Notes: generated by a model from the letters alone, not told the origin. Shown: positions 9,921 through 20,669, counted from the stretch's first letter. The stretch: DNA of 64,000 nt from an uncultured Chloroflexia bacterium (GCA_963743185.1 CAVUOT010000002.1:261781-325780), one strand, 5' to 3'. Program-made: numbers and translations.

Positions 9921-10676
9921 CTAGCGCCAGCCGCCGAACCGGATGAGCGTGCCCTCACCCGCCTTCTTGCGCGCCGCGATGACGCGCGGATCCGTCGGCC
10001 GCTCGTAATCGTTGCCCGAGCCGGTGTGCTTGAAGCCCAGCGAACGATAGACCCGGATCGCGGTGCTGTTGCGCTCCTCCGTCCGCAGCGCCAGGTGGTC
10101 GGCGCCTTGCGCGAATGCCCACTTCGCCACGCGCATCGTCAACGCCGGCCCAATGCCCCGCCCGCGATGCGCGTCTGCCACCGCCAGGGCGTGAATGTAG
10201 CCTTCATCCGCGCCGTCGTACGAGTACAGCGCGAACCCCGCAACCTCGGAACCCATCGTCGCGAGCAACAGGCGCTCGCCGTCTGCGAGGCACTGACGAT
10301 AGGCGGCCTCAGGCATCGGGGTGTCAGGGAACGCTTCGCGATCGATGCGGGCGACCGCTGCGACATCATCGGCCGCGCCGTCGCGAAACGTCACACCCTT
10401 CGGTGCCACGATCTTCCCTCCGGCGGCCCGCTTCTCGAGCGAGAATGTCAGCCACGGCTGCTGCGGTGTGAACCATAGCTTCTTCAGCACCGGCTCCACC
10501 GCTGTTTTCGACGATCCGAGTACCAGCCGAAACCGCACGTTCTCCGACCCCAGCACCTGGCGTACTTTCGGGAGCAGTTGTTCGAACATTCGCGGGAACA
10601 GGTCGACGAACTCGCCATCACTACCGTACGAGTACGCGAGCCGCGCCATTCCGCCGCCCGGGAACGCCGCAAGCAC
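9921..10676 (-). CDS. GNAT-family N-acetyltransferase with an N-terminal extension.
   Basis: Acetyl-CoA-binding motif HALAVADAHRGRGIGPAL...IRVYRSLGF. Confidence 0.7.
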   Translation of the reverse strand: MLAAFPGGGMARLAYSYGSDGEFVDLFPRMFEQLLPKVRQVLGSENVRFRLVLGSSKTAVEPVLKKLWFTPQQPWLTFSLEKRAAGGKIVAPKGVTFRDGAADDVAAVARIDREAFPDTPMPEAAYRQCLADGERLLLATMGSEVAGFALYSYDGADEGYIHALAVADAHRGRGIGPALTMRVAKWAFAQGADHLALRTEERNSTAIRVYRSLGFKHTGSGNDYERPTDPRVIAARKKAGEGTLIRFGGWR

Positions 10677-10834
10677 GTTGCCATCGCGCTCGATGATGAG
10701 GTCCGGGTGCTCTTGCGGGATCGCGATTGACCTCTCCGCGGCTCCACGCGCAGCTCAGCGCCTCGCGCGAGAGCCGGTCATAGAAAGTCTTGCGATACGG
10801 GTGCGAGGAGGCGGCGGAATTGTCGTATGGGCAT

Positions 10835-11674
10835 CTAGTCCGGCCACGTTCCGCGAAACACTTCGGCCACCGGGCCGGTCAGGATGACGTCGCCCTCGCC
10901 GTCCCACTCGAGCTTCAGCTCGCCGCCGGGCACGCGGAGTTCCATCGCGCCGTCGACGAGGTCCAGCAGACGTGCCGCGACCATCGTGGCCGATGCGCCG
11001 GAGCCGCACGACAGCGTCTCGCCGACGCCCCGCTCCCAGACGCGCATCTCAGCATGCCCGCGGTCGATGACGCGCACGACCTCGAAGTTCGTGCGCTTCG
11101 GGAACAACGTGTGGTGCTCCATCAGCGGCCCCACGGCAAGCAGCGGGTAGTCGCTGACCGGCGCGTCCTGGAAATGCACCGCGTGCGGATTGCCCATCGA
11201 GACCGGCGTGATCGGCACTGTGCGGCCGTCGACGTTGACCTCGAAGTTCATGATCGGCGGCGGCGCGTCGATGGCGACGGGGATCTCGCGCGGGTCGAGG
11301 CGCGGCGGCCCCATGCTCTCGCGCACGCTCGTCACGAGCCCTCGTTCGGTCGCGATGCGCACGCGCAGCACGCCCGCCCCCGTCTCGACGTCAAACTCCT
11401 CGCCCTTCGGTGCGACCACTCCGTGATCGACGGCGAACTTCACGAGGCACCGCATCCCGTTGCCCGACATCTCGGCTTCCGAGCCGTCGGCGTTGAAGAT
11501 GCGCATCCGCACCGGTGCGTGCTCCGAGGTGGTCGCCAGGATCAACCCGTCGGCGCCGACGCCGAAGTGCCGCTCGCACATCGCCCGTGCCAGCGCACTC
11601 CAGTCGCGTTCGCCGGAGCGCGCGTCGATGACGACGAAGTCGTTGCCCGTGCCGTGCAGCTTCGCGAAGTCCAT
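10835..11674 (-). CDS. dapF: Diaminopimelate epimerase.
   Basis: MDFAKLHGTGNDFVVID...NADGSEAEMSGNGMRC...SCGSGASA: both catalytic Cys motifs are present, and the ORF is intact at 279 aa. Confidence 0.9.
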   Translation of the reverse strand: MDFAKLHGTGNDFVVIDARSGERDWSALARAMCERHFGVGADGLILATTSEHAPVRMRIFNADGSEAEMSGNGMRCLVKFAVDHGVVAPKGEEFDVETGAGVLRVRIATERGLVTSVRESMGPPRLDPREIPVAIDAPPPIMNFEVNVDGRTVPITPVSMGNPHAVHFQDAPVSDYPLLAVGPLMEHHTLFPKRTNFEVVRVIDRGHAEMRVWERGVGETLSCGSGASATMVAARLLDLVDGAMELRVPGGELKLEWDGEGDVILTGPVAEVFRGTWPD

Positions 11675-11679
11675 GGCGC

Positions 11680-12626
11680 TCAGGATACCGTGCCGCCCGG
11701 CGCACCGGGAAGCCCGCTCGTCGCTACCGCTCGCGCCGCGCTCAGCAGGGCGGACGATGCAGCGTCCAGCCAGTGGATCCGCGGGTCGGACTCGCGGAAC
11801 CACGTGTGCTGCATGCGTGCCAGACGGTGCGTCTCCGTCTTGATCTGCGCGGCTGCGTCCGCCAACGGCAGTTCGCCCCGCAGATACGCGCAGACCTGCC
11901 GGTAGCCGATGCTCGCCATCGACGGGAGATCGCACCCGTAGCCGGCGGCGTTCAGGCGCCGCACCTCCGTCGACTAGCCCGGCGGCCAGCATCGCGTCGA
12001 CGCGCGCATCGATGCGTTGGTAGAGCGCCGCTCGCTCCATGCGCAGCCCGATGATCGTTGTCTCGAACGCCGGCGCGGTCTTCTCCTGCCAGGCGCTGAA
12101 GGGCCGCCCGGTCGCCCGTGTCACTTCGATCGCCCGGATGACGCGGCGTACGTTGCGCGGATCGATGGCGGTCGCGCTCGCCGGGTCGACGTCGCGCAGC
12201 TCGCGCACCAGAGCGGCGGCTCCGTCTCGCGCCACCACCTCTTCGAGCCGCGCCCGCAGCGCGCGGTCCGGCGGAACGCGGGGCACGCGCCAGCCCTCGA
12301 TCAGCGCCCAGACGTACTGCCCCGTGCCGCCCGACGACGATCGGCTGCCGCCCGCGTGACCAGACGTCGTCGAGCGCCGCGTTCGCGAGGTCGAGAAAGC
12401 GCGCGAGCGTAAACGGCTCATCCGGATCGGCAACGTCGATCAGGTGATGCGGCGCGGCCGCCCGCTCGGCGGGCGTCGGCTTCGCGGTGCCGGTATCCAT
12501 GCCGCGGTAGACCTGCCGCGAGTCCGCATTGATGATCTCGCCGCCAAGCGTCCGCGCAAGCACGATGGCGAGCGCCGTCTTTCCGGTCGCGGTCGCGCCG
12601 ACGATCGCGATGAGTCTGCGCGGCAT
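11680..12626 (-). CDS. miaA: tRNA dimethylallyltransferase, with two apparent 1-nt frameshifts (near 12331 and 11965).
   Basis: The N-terminus [19 protein letters not shown]...IINADSRQVY (P-loop), the middle GGTGQYVWALIEGW...LYQRIDARVDAMLAAGLVD and the C-terminus IGYRQVCAYLRGE...TRRLARMQHTWFR each lie in a different frame. The start ATG overlaps the tpiA stop. Confidence 0.8.
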
Positions 12627-13395
12627 CAGGCACGCCCGGCGGCTGCCGTCGCTGCGCCCTGGACGAGTCCAGTGAAGCTGTCTACTTTCAACGACGCGCC
12701 GCCGACGAGGCCGCCATCGATGTCCGGCTGCGCCATGTACTCCGCGATGTTCTCCGGCGTCACGGAGCCGCCGTAGAGGATGCGCACCTGCTCGCTGACG
12801 CCACCGGCGATCTCGCGCACCGTCGATCGGATCAGCGCGATAGCCTCCTGCGCTGTCGCGGCGTCCGCGGCGAGCCCGGTGCCGATCGCCCACACCGGCT
12901 CGTACGCGATGACGAGCTCCGCACTGATCGGCGACGCCGTCGAGCCCACCGCGCGTTTGCCGCACCAGCACCGCGGCCGTCTCACCCGCGTTCCTCTGTT
13001 CCAGCGTCTCGCCGACACACATGATCGGCGTGACGCCGTGCGCCAGCGCCGCCTTCACGCGCCGGTTCACCGTGTCGTCCGTCTCGCCGAAGTACTGCCG
13101 CCGCTCGCTGTGCCCGAGGATCACGTGCGTCGCGGCCTCGGCCACCTGCGTGATGCTCACCTCGCCGGTGTAGGCGCCCTTCTCCTCCCAGAACGCGTTC
13201 TGTGCGCCGACCGCAATCGTCGAGCCTGCCAGCGCCTCCCGGACGTCGTGCAGGAACACGAACGGCGGGCAGACGATCTTCTCGGCGCCGGCGATGCCGT
13301 CGGCTCGCTCGCGCAGCCCGCGCACCAGCGCGAGCGCGTCGTGCGCGCAGCGTGTTCATCTTCCAGTTGCCGGCGATGATTGGTGTGCGTCGCAT
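12626..13395 (-). CDS. tpiA: Triosephosphate isomerase, with two apparent 1-nt frameshifts (near 13343 and 12935).
   Basis: [14 protein letters not shown], then [18 protein letters not shown]...ILGHSERR, then [13 protein letters not shown]...ILYGGSV: the three segments sit in three frames. A GGAG ribosome-binding site precedes the ATG at 13395. Confidence 0.85.
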
Positions 13396-13396
13396 C

Positions 13397-14600
13397 TCAG
13401 GCTCCGTACTTCGTGAGGCGTCCGGCGTGCGCCATGGCCAGCGAGAGCACTTCCTTCGCCGGGAAGCGTGCCGAGGATGCCGTGCGCGCACGCCTTCTCG
13501 TTGAATCCCTCGGTCTCGTCCGCCCGGGCGAAGTTGTTCGCGTGAAACAGGAACGGCACCGGGTGCCACGAATGCCCTGCCACGACCGCCGGCGTCGAGT
13601 GGTCGCCCGCCACCATGAAGACGTCGGCCTGCATCGCGTGGAGCGCTTCGACGTACGTGTCGATCTCCTCCAGCGCCGCGACCTTCTCCTGGAAGTCGCC
13701 GTCTTCGCCCGCCGCGTCGGCGCGCTTGAAGTGAATGAAGAAGAAGTCGTACGCGTCCCAGTGCGCCTTCAGGGTCTCGATCTCATCGGCGAACGTAGCG
13801 CCGGTCTTCAGCACGTCCATGCCTACGAGCTTCGCCAGGCCGCGGTACATCGGGTACGCCGCGATCGCCGCGGCGCGAAACTTGCAGGTCTCGACGATCG
13901 ACGGCATCGCGGGACGCTTCGCGATGCCACGCAGCGTCAGCATGTTCGCGGGCTCGTGGCCGCGAAGCACCTTCTCGGCTTCCGCGAGCCACTGGTTAAG
14001 CAGCTTCGCCGTAGCCTCGGCGTCCGGCGCCACCGCCCGCACGGGCAGCGGCTTCTGGCCTTCGCGCTGCGGGTCCGTCTCCGTCACGCGGTCGGAGAGA
14101 TCAGCGCCGCGAAGCACGAGCAGGAAGCGATGGTCGCGCACGGGTTCGACGAACGTCTGCACGCCTGGCAGCGTGATCTGCGCCAGTTTCTCGCACAGCG
14201 GCGCTGACTTCGCGGTGGAGATCCGGCCTGCGCGCCGGTCGCTGATGCGGCCGTCGGCGTCGACGGTGCAGAAGTTGCCGCGCGCCGCCACGTCCGCCGG
14301 CTGCAGGTCGAAGTCGACGCCGAGCGCCTCCAGCACGCCGCGCCCGACCGTGTACTGCTCCGGGTCGTAGCCGAAGAGCGCCAGGTGCCCCGGGCCGCTG
14401 CCCGGCGTCACGCCGTATCCGACGGGCAGCGTCAGGCCGCACAGGCTCTCCTGCGCGAGCCGGTCGAGCTGCGGAATGTTCGCCTGCTCGAGCTCCGATC
14501 GGCCTGTGATGTTGGGCAGACCACCGAGCCCGTCGATGACGAGAAGGAGGATCTTGCTGGTGCCTGGTACGGAGAGTTCGCGAAGCAATGCGAGGTTCAC
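13397..14600 (-). CDS. apgM: Cofactor-independent phosphoglycerate mutase of the archaeal type (ApgM), with an apparent frameshift near 13447.
   Basis: LLLVIDGLGGLPNITG...GYGVTPGSGPGHLALFGYDP. The true C-terminus (EVLSLAMAHAGRLTKYGA*) is in a neighbouring frame and ends 1 nt before the tpiA ATG. The start is a GTG at 14600. Confidence 0.8.
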
Positions 14601-14694
14601 GGGCCGAAGTCTAGCACGGCCCTCGCGGTCCAGCCACGCGACGGACGGCGCCAGCTGACGCCGCCCGTGAGCGCCGTACGAAGCTGCTTGCGGG

Positions 14695-15606
14695 CTAGAG
14701 CGCCCGTCGGCGATAGACGTACCAGCCCGCGCCGCACGCCAGCGCCGCAGCAGCCGCGCCGCCAGCGATCGCAACGGCGTCCCACGGTTGTCCGCTGCCG
14801 CCCGCCCGCGCCGTCGCACTTGGCGCCGCCGGTAGTCCCGGATCCTCCGCCACGCCGCCAACCGACGGCGGGGCCGCAACGTTGAGTTTCAGGACCGTGC
14901 GCGAGTTATTGCGCGGCGTTGTGAAGTCCGTCGCCAGGTTGGCCATCGGGACGCCGAACGTGCTCGTCGACACGTTCATCAGCGCGTACTCCGTCGAGTT
15001 GTTCGACGGCGCACTGTTGAGGTTGGATAGGCGGAGTGCCTGCATGGTCCCTGGACTCGGAAGCGCTGCCGCGGCCGTGCCGTACGTCGCCATTGCGCTG
15101 CCATACGCCACCGAGTCCACCGGCGCCATGAGCGTCGCGCACGCGGCGTTTGGCCCAGCCCAGACCACGGAACCGCCCGGCGCCTGCACCGGGTGCAGCG
15201 GGTCGGCGCCCGTCGTGTTCGCGCCGCTGAAGGTGAAGTCGGACGCACCCCCGGTGACGCCGCCGTTGAATTCCGACGTCGCGATCAGCACGGAGTCGCC
15301 GACGTCGCCGTTGGCGACGCTGGTGTTGAAGGGCGGGATCGTGCCGGCCGGGAACGTGAACGTCGCCTGCAGCGTGCCGGTCGCATCGAAGAACTGGATC
15401 GAATGCCCGGCCAGGAACGTCTGCCCGCCGACGTCCATGCGCAGCTCGACGTACTGGATCTTGTTGTTCCCGTTGAACCCGGCCGCGACCGCGTGGATAC
15501 GGACGCAGTGGAACGCCGCGTCTGCCACGCCGCCTCCGGTCAGGAAGAGCACCGAAACCGACAGCAGGAACGCGAGAAGCATTGAAAGCAGCGAACGCAT
15601 GGCCAC
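14695..15606 (-). CDS. Secreted or surface protein with a lamin-tail-domain-like N-terminal module and a C-terminal transmembrane anchor.
   Basis: Signal peptide (MAMRSLLSMLLAFLLSVSVLFLTGG). A lamin-tail-domain-like segment (VRIHAVAAGFNGNNKIQYVELRMDVGGQTFLAGHSIQFFDATG). A Thr/Ser/Asn/Ala-rich linker. The C-terminus is GQPWDAVAIAGGAAAAALACGAGWYVYRRRAL. Confidence 0.5.
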   Translation of the reverse strand: MAMRSLLSMLLAFLLSVSVLFLTGGGVADAAFHCVRIHAVAAGFNGNNKIQYVELRMDVGGQTFLAGHSIQFFDATGTLQATFTFPAGTIPPFNTSVANGDVGDSVLIATSEFNGGVTGGASDFTFSGANTTGADPLHPVQAPGGSVVWAGPNAACATLMAPVDSVAYGSAMATYGTAAAALPSPGTMQALRLSNLNSAPSNNSTEYALMNVSTSTFGVPMANLATDFTTPRNNSRTVLKLNVAAPPSVGGVAEDPGLPAAPSATARAGGSGQPWDAVAIAGGAAAAALACGAGWYVYRRRAL

Positions 15607-15833
15607 TTCTCCTGAATCGCGGGGCGACGATGCTGAACCGGCTGACCGCGCCGGGATCGGGTGGTTGACGACTGATATACGCCTATACGCCGCCTCCCGG
15701 CCGCCGGACGCATCTCGCGACGACTATTTCAGCGAGATCGCAGACTTGCCCGGATCGTCGATGCGATCGCGAAGAACCATCGCGACGCACAGCTTCGACG
15801 CCCACACCGCCGGAGGTGTTACCATCGCAGCGA

Positions 15834-17053
15834 CGGGCCGCATACGGCCGCTCCGGAGGCAGCATGGACTTCCGCTTCAGTCCCGAAGAAGAAGCCTTCC
15901 GCGAGGAGATCCGCGCCTTCGTCCGCTCGGAGCTGCCCGCGTCGTTCGGCCGGGCCGCCTACAACGACCGCGAGGACGCCCCGAAGGAGCACGGCGAGAT
16001 CGCGAAGGCCTTCCAGCGCAAGCTCTCCGAGAAGAGGCTGGCTCACGCTCGCCTGGCCGAAGACAGTACGGCGGTCTTGGCGCGAGCCCCATGCGACAGC
16101 TCGTCTACAACGAGGAGATGGCACGCCTCCGGGCGCCCGCCTTCGGCGGCATCGGCGTGGCGATGGTCGGCCCGACGCTGATGATGCACGGCACCGACGA
16201 GCAGCGCGAGCGCTTTCTCGGCCGCATCGCCAGCGGCGAGATGAGCTGGTGCCAGGGCTTCAGCGAGCCCGGCGCCGGCTCCGACCTGGCGTCTCTGCAG
16301 ATGCGCGCTGTGCTGGACGGAGACGAGTTCGTCGTCAACGGCCAGAAGATCTGGACCTCCGGCGCGCACCGCGCCGACTACTGCATCCTGCTCGCGCGCA
16401 CCGATCCCGATGCACCGAAGCACCGCGGCATCAGCTACCTGCTGATGGACATGAAGTCGCCAGGCATCACCATCACGCCGCTGACCAACATGCTCAACTC
16501 CGCCGCCTTCAACCAGATGTTCCTCGACAACGTGCGCATCCCGCGCGCCAACCTCGTCGGCGAGCTCAATCGCGGCTGGTACGTCGCCACGACCACGCTC
16601 GACTTCGAGCGCTCCGGCATCCAGCGCATCGTCTTCGCCGAGACGCTGCTCGACGACCTGATCGAGTACGCGAACGCGCCGGGCGCCGGCGGCGCCCGCC
16701 CGATCGACGATCCGCAGACCCGTCACAAGCTCGCCGAGCTGCGGATCGAGTTCACGGTCGGCCGCATCCTTGCGTATCGCGTCGCGTGGATGCAGGGGCA
16801 GGGCCTCGTCCCGAACTCCGAGGCTTCGATCGCCAAGCTGTACTCGACCGAACTGCAGTCGCGCTTCGCCATCGCGGCGCTCGGCATGATGGGCGCCCGG
16901 GGCGCGCTCGCGCGCGCTTCGGCGCACGCCCCGCTCGATGGACGCTTCGCGGCCTATTATCTCGCTGCCGCGTCCTATACAATCGCCGCGGGCACCTCCG
17001 AGGTGCAGCGCAACATCATCGCGCAGCGCGGCCTCGGGCTCCCCCGCGACTAG
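15834..17053 (+). CDS. Acyl-CoA dehydrogenase, with two +1 frameshifts only about 30 nt apart (16030-16066).
   Basis: MDFRFSPEEEAFREEIRAF...FQRKLSEK reads in frame 0. GWLTLAWPK reads in frame 1. QYGGLGASPMRQLVYNEEMA...ISYLLMDMKSPGITI...TSEVQRNIIAQRGLGLP reads in frame 2. Confidence 0.8.
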
Positions 17054-17080
17054 CCGCGTTTCGCCGCAGGAGATCGACGC

Positions 17081-18487
17081 ATGGACCCCTGGCTCGCTGA
17101 CGCATCCTCTCTCGCCGACAGCATCCGCAACGGCGATGTCCGCGCCGCCGACGCGCTGGAAGCGTCGCTTGCCGCCATCGCCGAATCGAAGCTCAACGCC
17201 GTCGCATATCTCGATGCCGGCGACGCGCGCCGCCAGGCCGAGGAGATCGATCGGCGAGTGAAGAACGGCGAAGATCCCGGTCTCTTCGCCGGCGTGCCCT
17301 TGCTCGTCAAAGACCTGGAGCACGCGAAGGGGATGCCGACCACTCACGGCTCGGTCCCTTACAAGGACAACATCGTCGACCACGATTCGATCGACGTCGC
17401 GCGACTCCGTGCCGCCGGCGCTGTCATCGTGGGCAAGAGTACGGCGTCGGAGTTCGGCTTCGTCGCCTATTGCGCGACGAAGCTCTTCGGCGTGACGCGC
17501 AACCCCTGGAACCTCGAACGCACGCCCGGCGCGTCGTCGGCCGGATCGGCGGCGGCGGTCGCGGGCGGCCTCGTGCCGACGGCGACCGCCAGCGACGGCG
17601 GCGGCTCGATCCGCATCCCCGCGGCGTACTGCGGCCTCGTCGGCATGAAGGGCACCTTCGGCCGGATCCCGCGCGGCCCGCGCGCCCTCAACGGTCCGCT
17701 CACCAGCAACTGGGGCACCGTCGCGCGCAGCGTGCGCGACGCGGCGCGCTGGTACGACGTCACGTCCGGCTACGACCCGCGCGATGCCTTCAGCCTCCCC
17801 CGCATCGATGGCTGGGAGCGCGACCTCGGTACACACGACCTGCGCGGCCTGCGCGTCGCCATCGCGCCGGACCTCGGCGGCGTGGCGCTCGTGCACCCGG
17901 ACGTCGAGCGCATCGCGCGCGATGCGGCGAACGCGCTCGTTGACGCCACCGGCATGCGGCGCGTAGAGCTCGACATCGACTTGCCGGAGAAGGGCTCGGC
18001 GTGGGCGAGCGCCGGCGCACCGTCGCTCTACAACGACCTCAAGGAGTTCTGGCCGGCGTGCAAGGATGACCTGACGTTCGAGATCCGCTTCGCCATGGAG
18101 TTCATGGAGCGCTACCGCATCTGGCACGCCGCATCGGCCGACCCGTTCCGCGTCGCGATGAACGAAGCGCTGGCCGACCTCTTCGAACAGGTCGACGTCA
18201 TCCTCTGCGCCACCAACCCCGTCGAGCCGTTCGGCGCCGAGGGACCGATGCCGAACCATGTCGGCGAGACGAAGGTCAATCCATTCAACAACGGGGCGCT
18301 GACCATCCCGGCGAACATCTCGGGCTACCCGGCTATCTCGATCCCCGCCGGCCTCTCACCGAACGGTCTCCCCATCGGCCTGCAGGCCTACGCGCGCCGC
18401 CACGAAGACGCGCTGCTGCTCGACCTCGCGCTCGCGATGGAGCGCGCGCACCCCTGGCCGCTGGTCGCCCCGGCCGCGCCGGTGTAG
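17081..18487 (+). CDS. Amidase (amidase-signature family).
   Basis: The amidase signature is [48 protein letters not shown]. Confidence 0.85.
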   Translation: MDPWLADASSLADSIRNGDVRAADALEASLAAIAESKLNAVAYLDAGDARRQAEEIDRRVKNGEDPGLFAGVPLLVKDLEHAKGMPTTHGSVPYKDNIVDHDSIDVARLRAAGAVIVGKSTASEFGFVAYCATKLFGVTRNPWNLERTPGASSAGSAAAVAGGLVPTATASDGGGSIRIPAAYCGLVGMKGTFGRIPRGPRALNGPLTSNWGTVARSVRDAARWYDVTSGYDPRDAFSLPRIDGWERDLGTHDLRGLRVAIAPDLGGVALVHPDVERIARDAANALVDATGMRRVELDIDLPEKGSAWASAGAPSLYNDLKEFWPACKDDLTFEIRFAMEFMERYRIWHAASADPFRVAMNEALADLFEQVDVILCATNPVEPFGAEGPMPNHVGETKVNPFNNGALTIPANISGYPAISIPAGLSPNGLPIGLQAYARRHEDALLLDLALAMERAHPWPLVAPAAPV

Positions 18488-18530
18488 ACCCAGCACCATC
18501 CGTGAAGAGTCTGCGGCAACGCGGTCCCCG

Positions 18531-19386
18531 TCAGTCGAAGACGACGGTCTTGTTCCCGTAGACCAGCACGCGGTTGCGCAGGTGCAGGTCGACCGCACGC
18601 GCCAGCACGACGCGCTCGAGGTCGCGGCCCTTGCGCACAAGGTCGGCGACCGAGTCGCGATGGCTCACCGGCGCGACGTCCTGGTCGATGATCGGGCCCT
18701 GGTCCAGCTCCGGCGTCGCGTAGTGCGCCGTCGCACCGATGATCTTCACGCCGCGCTCGTACGCCTGGTGGTACGGCCGCGCGCCGGCGAACGCCGGCAA
18801 GAACGAATGGTGGATGTTGATGATCCGGTTCGGGTAGCGGCTCACGACGTCGTCGCTCAGCACCTGCATGTAGCGCGCGAGGATCACGAGGTCGATGCGG
18901 TGCGCATCGAGTTGCGCGACGATCCGCGCTTCCTGCGCCTCCTTGCCGGCGGGCAGCTGGTCGTACGCAACGCCGAACTCCTCGACGATCTCGCGCCCGT
19001 CCGGGTGATTGCTGATGACGATCGGGATCTCCGCTCGCAGCTCGCCCATCCGCCAGCGCGCCAGGATGTCGTACATGCAGTGATGCGCCTTCGACACCAG
19101 CAGCGCCACGCGCGGCACGTAGTCCGAGAAGCGCAGGCTCCACGTCATGTCGAAGCGCTCCGCGATCGGCCGGAACGCCGGCTCGATCTCGGCGCGCCCG
19201 ATCGCGAAGCCCGTCAAGCTCGAACTCCACGCGCTGGAGGAACACGCCTTCCTCGAGATCGGTGTGCTGGTCCGCGTGCAGGATGTTCCCATCGTGCCGG
19301 TACAGGAAGTCCGATACGGCCGCCACGAGCCCCTTCTGGTCGCGGCAGGAGATCAGCAGTGTCGCGGTGACGTTCTCGTCTGCCAT
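18531..19386 (-). CDS. purU: Formyltetrahydrofolate deformylase, with an apparent frameshift near 19205.
   Basis: The N-terminal ACT domain ([28 protein letters not shown]) is in one frame. The formyltransferase core ([35 protein letters not shown]) is in another. Confidence 0.8.
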
Positions 19387-19523
19387 CGCAGGGACGATAG
19401 CATGCCGGGCTGCGTCGAGCAGTCAGGGAACCGGAGATACCCCGCCGGCTGTTCGCCCGCCCTCACATCGTCGCGGGCCGCGTGTAGCGCGGGGCCGTTG
19501 TAGACTGCGGCACCGATCTCAAG

Positions 19524-20640
19524 ATGCCGGAGCGCCACATGAGCGATCGCCAAGAACCGTTCCGCGAGCACAACCCGACGGCACCGGCGGGCGATGCCTC
19601 AGGCATGCCCGATCAGCCGGCGCCGGACGGGATCAATGCGCAGAGCGTCGGCGCGTGGCTCGTCGAGCATGTTCCGGGGGCCATGCCGCCGTTCCGGTAC
19701 GAGCTGATCACCGGCGGACGGTCGAACCTGACGTTTTGCGTGACCGACAGCGGCGGGCGCCGCTGCGTGCTGCGCCGCCCGCCGCTCGGCACGCTGCTGG
19801 CCACCGCGCACGACGTCGTGCGTGAGTATCGTATCGCCGCCGCGCTGGCGGACACGCCCGTGCCGGTCGCTCCGGCGATCGCCGTGTGCGCTGACGCCTC
19901 GGTCAACGGCGCGCCGTTCGCTGTCACCGGCTTCGTCGATGGCGTCGTGCTTGACGGCCCGGCGAAGGCCGCTGCGATCGCACCCGACGCCCGGCGCGCG
20001 CTGGCGTTCCACCTCATCGACGTGCTCGCGGAGCTGCACGCCGTCGACCTCGACGCCGTCGGCCTCGCCGAGCTGTCGCGCCAGGACAGCTACATCGAGC
20101 GGCAGGTGCGGCGGTGGGCGAAGCAGTGGGCGGGTTCGCGCACGTGGGAGCTGCCGATCATCGACGAAGTGGAGTCACGGCTGCGTGAGCGTCTTCCCGT
20201 GCAGCACGGCGCCGCGATCGTGCACGGCGACTACCGCTTCGGCAACTGCATCGTCGATCTCGCCAAGGCGCGAGGTCGTCGCCGTGCTCGACTGGGAGCT
20301 GTGCACGCTCGGCGATCCAATGGCGGACCTGGGACATCTGGGCATCTACTGGCACGATGCCGAGCGGCCGTCGCCGGTCGGCAACGATCCGACGTCCGGC
20401 GGCGGCTTCCCGTCGTATCGCGACCTCCTCCAGCGTTACGCGACGCGCACCGGCCGTGACGTCGCGCAGGTCGAGTACTATCGCGCCTTCGCCGCGTGGC
20501 GCCTCGCCATCATCGCCGAGGGCGTCGCATCCCGACATCTCGCGAGGCACCCGGAAGACACGGCCGCGCTCGAAGGATCGCACGTCGCCGTGCGGCAGCT
20601 CGTCGAGTTCGCCATGACGTCGCTCGATCAGCGGCCGTAG
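19524..20640 (+). CDS. Second APH-like phosphotransferase (paralog of the one at 1771), with an apparent frameshift near 20265.
   Basis: RCVLRRPPLGTLLATAHDVVREYRI...IVHGDYRFGNCIV is in one frame. AVLDWELCTLGDPMADLG... follows in another. An alternative start is MSDRQ at 19539. Confidence 0.7.
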
Positions 20641-20669
20641 ACGCAGGTCGATTCGCTTCCGAAAGTTGA

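Noticed and set aside
7409-9946. An 845-aa ORF on the plus strand.
   Set aside because: It is entirely antisense to the GH36 and YetF genes. Its product is Arg/Ala-rich low-complexity sequence, typical of spurious antisense ORFs in high-GC DNA. It has no recognisable domain.
11680-13395. Calling miaA and tpiA true pseudogenes.
   Set aside because: Both are essential single-copy genes with perfectly conserved motifs on either side of each shift and with intact operon coupling signals. Sequencing indels are the simpler explanation. They are kept as CDS with the frameshifts noted.
14882-15833. The N-terminal 317 codons of the 723-aa ORF 14882..17053.
   Set aside because: This part is antisense to the gene for the lamin-tail-domain protein. 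The real acyl-CoA dehydrogenase begins at the conserved MDFRFSPEEEAFREEI at 15834, in a different frame.
16043-18259. A 738-aa minus-strand ORF.
   Set aside because: It is antisense to the acyl-CoA dehydrogenase and amidase genes. It contains no conserved motifs and its composition is dominated by Arg, Ala, Gly and Val.
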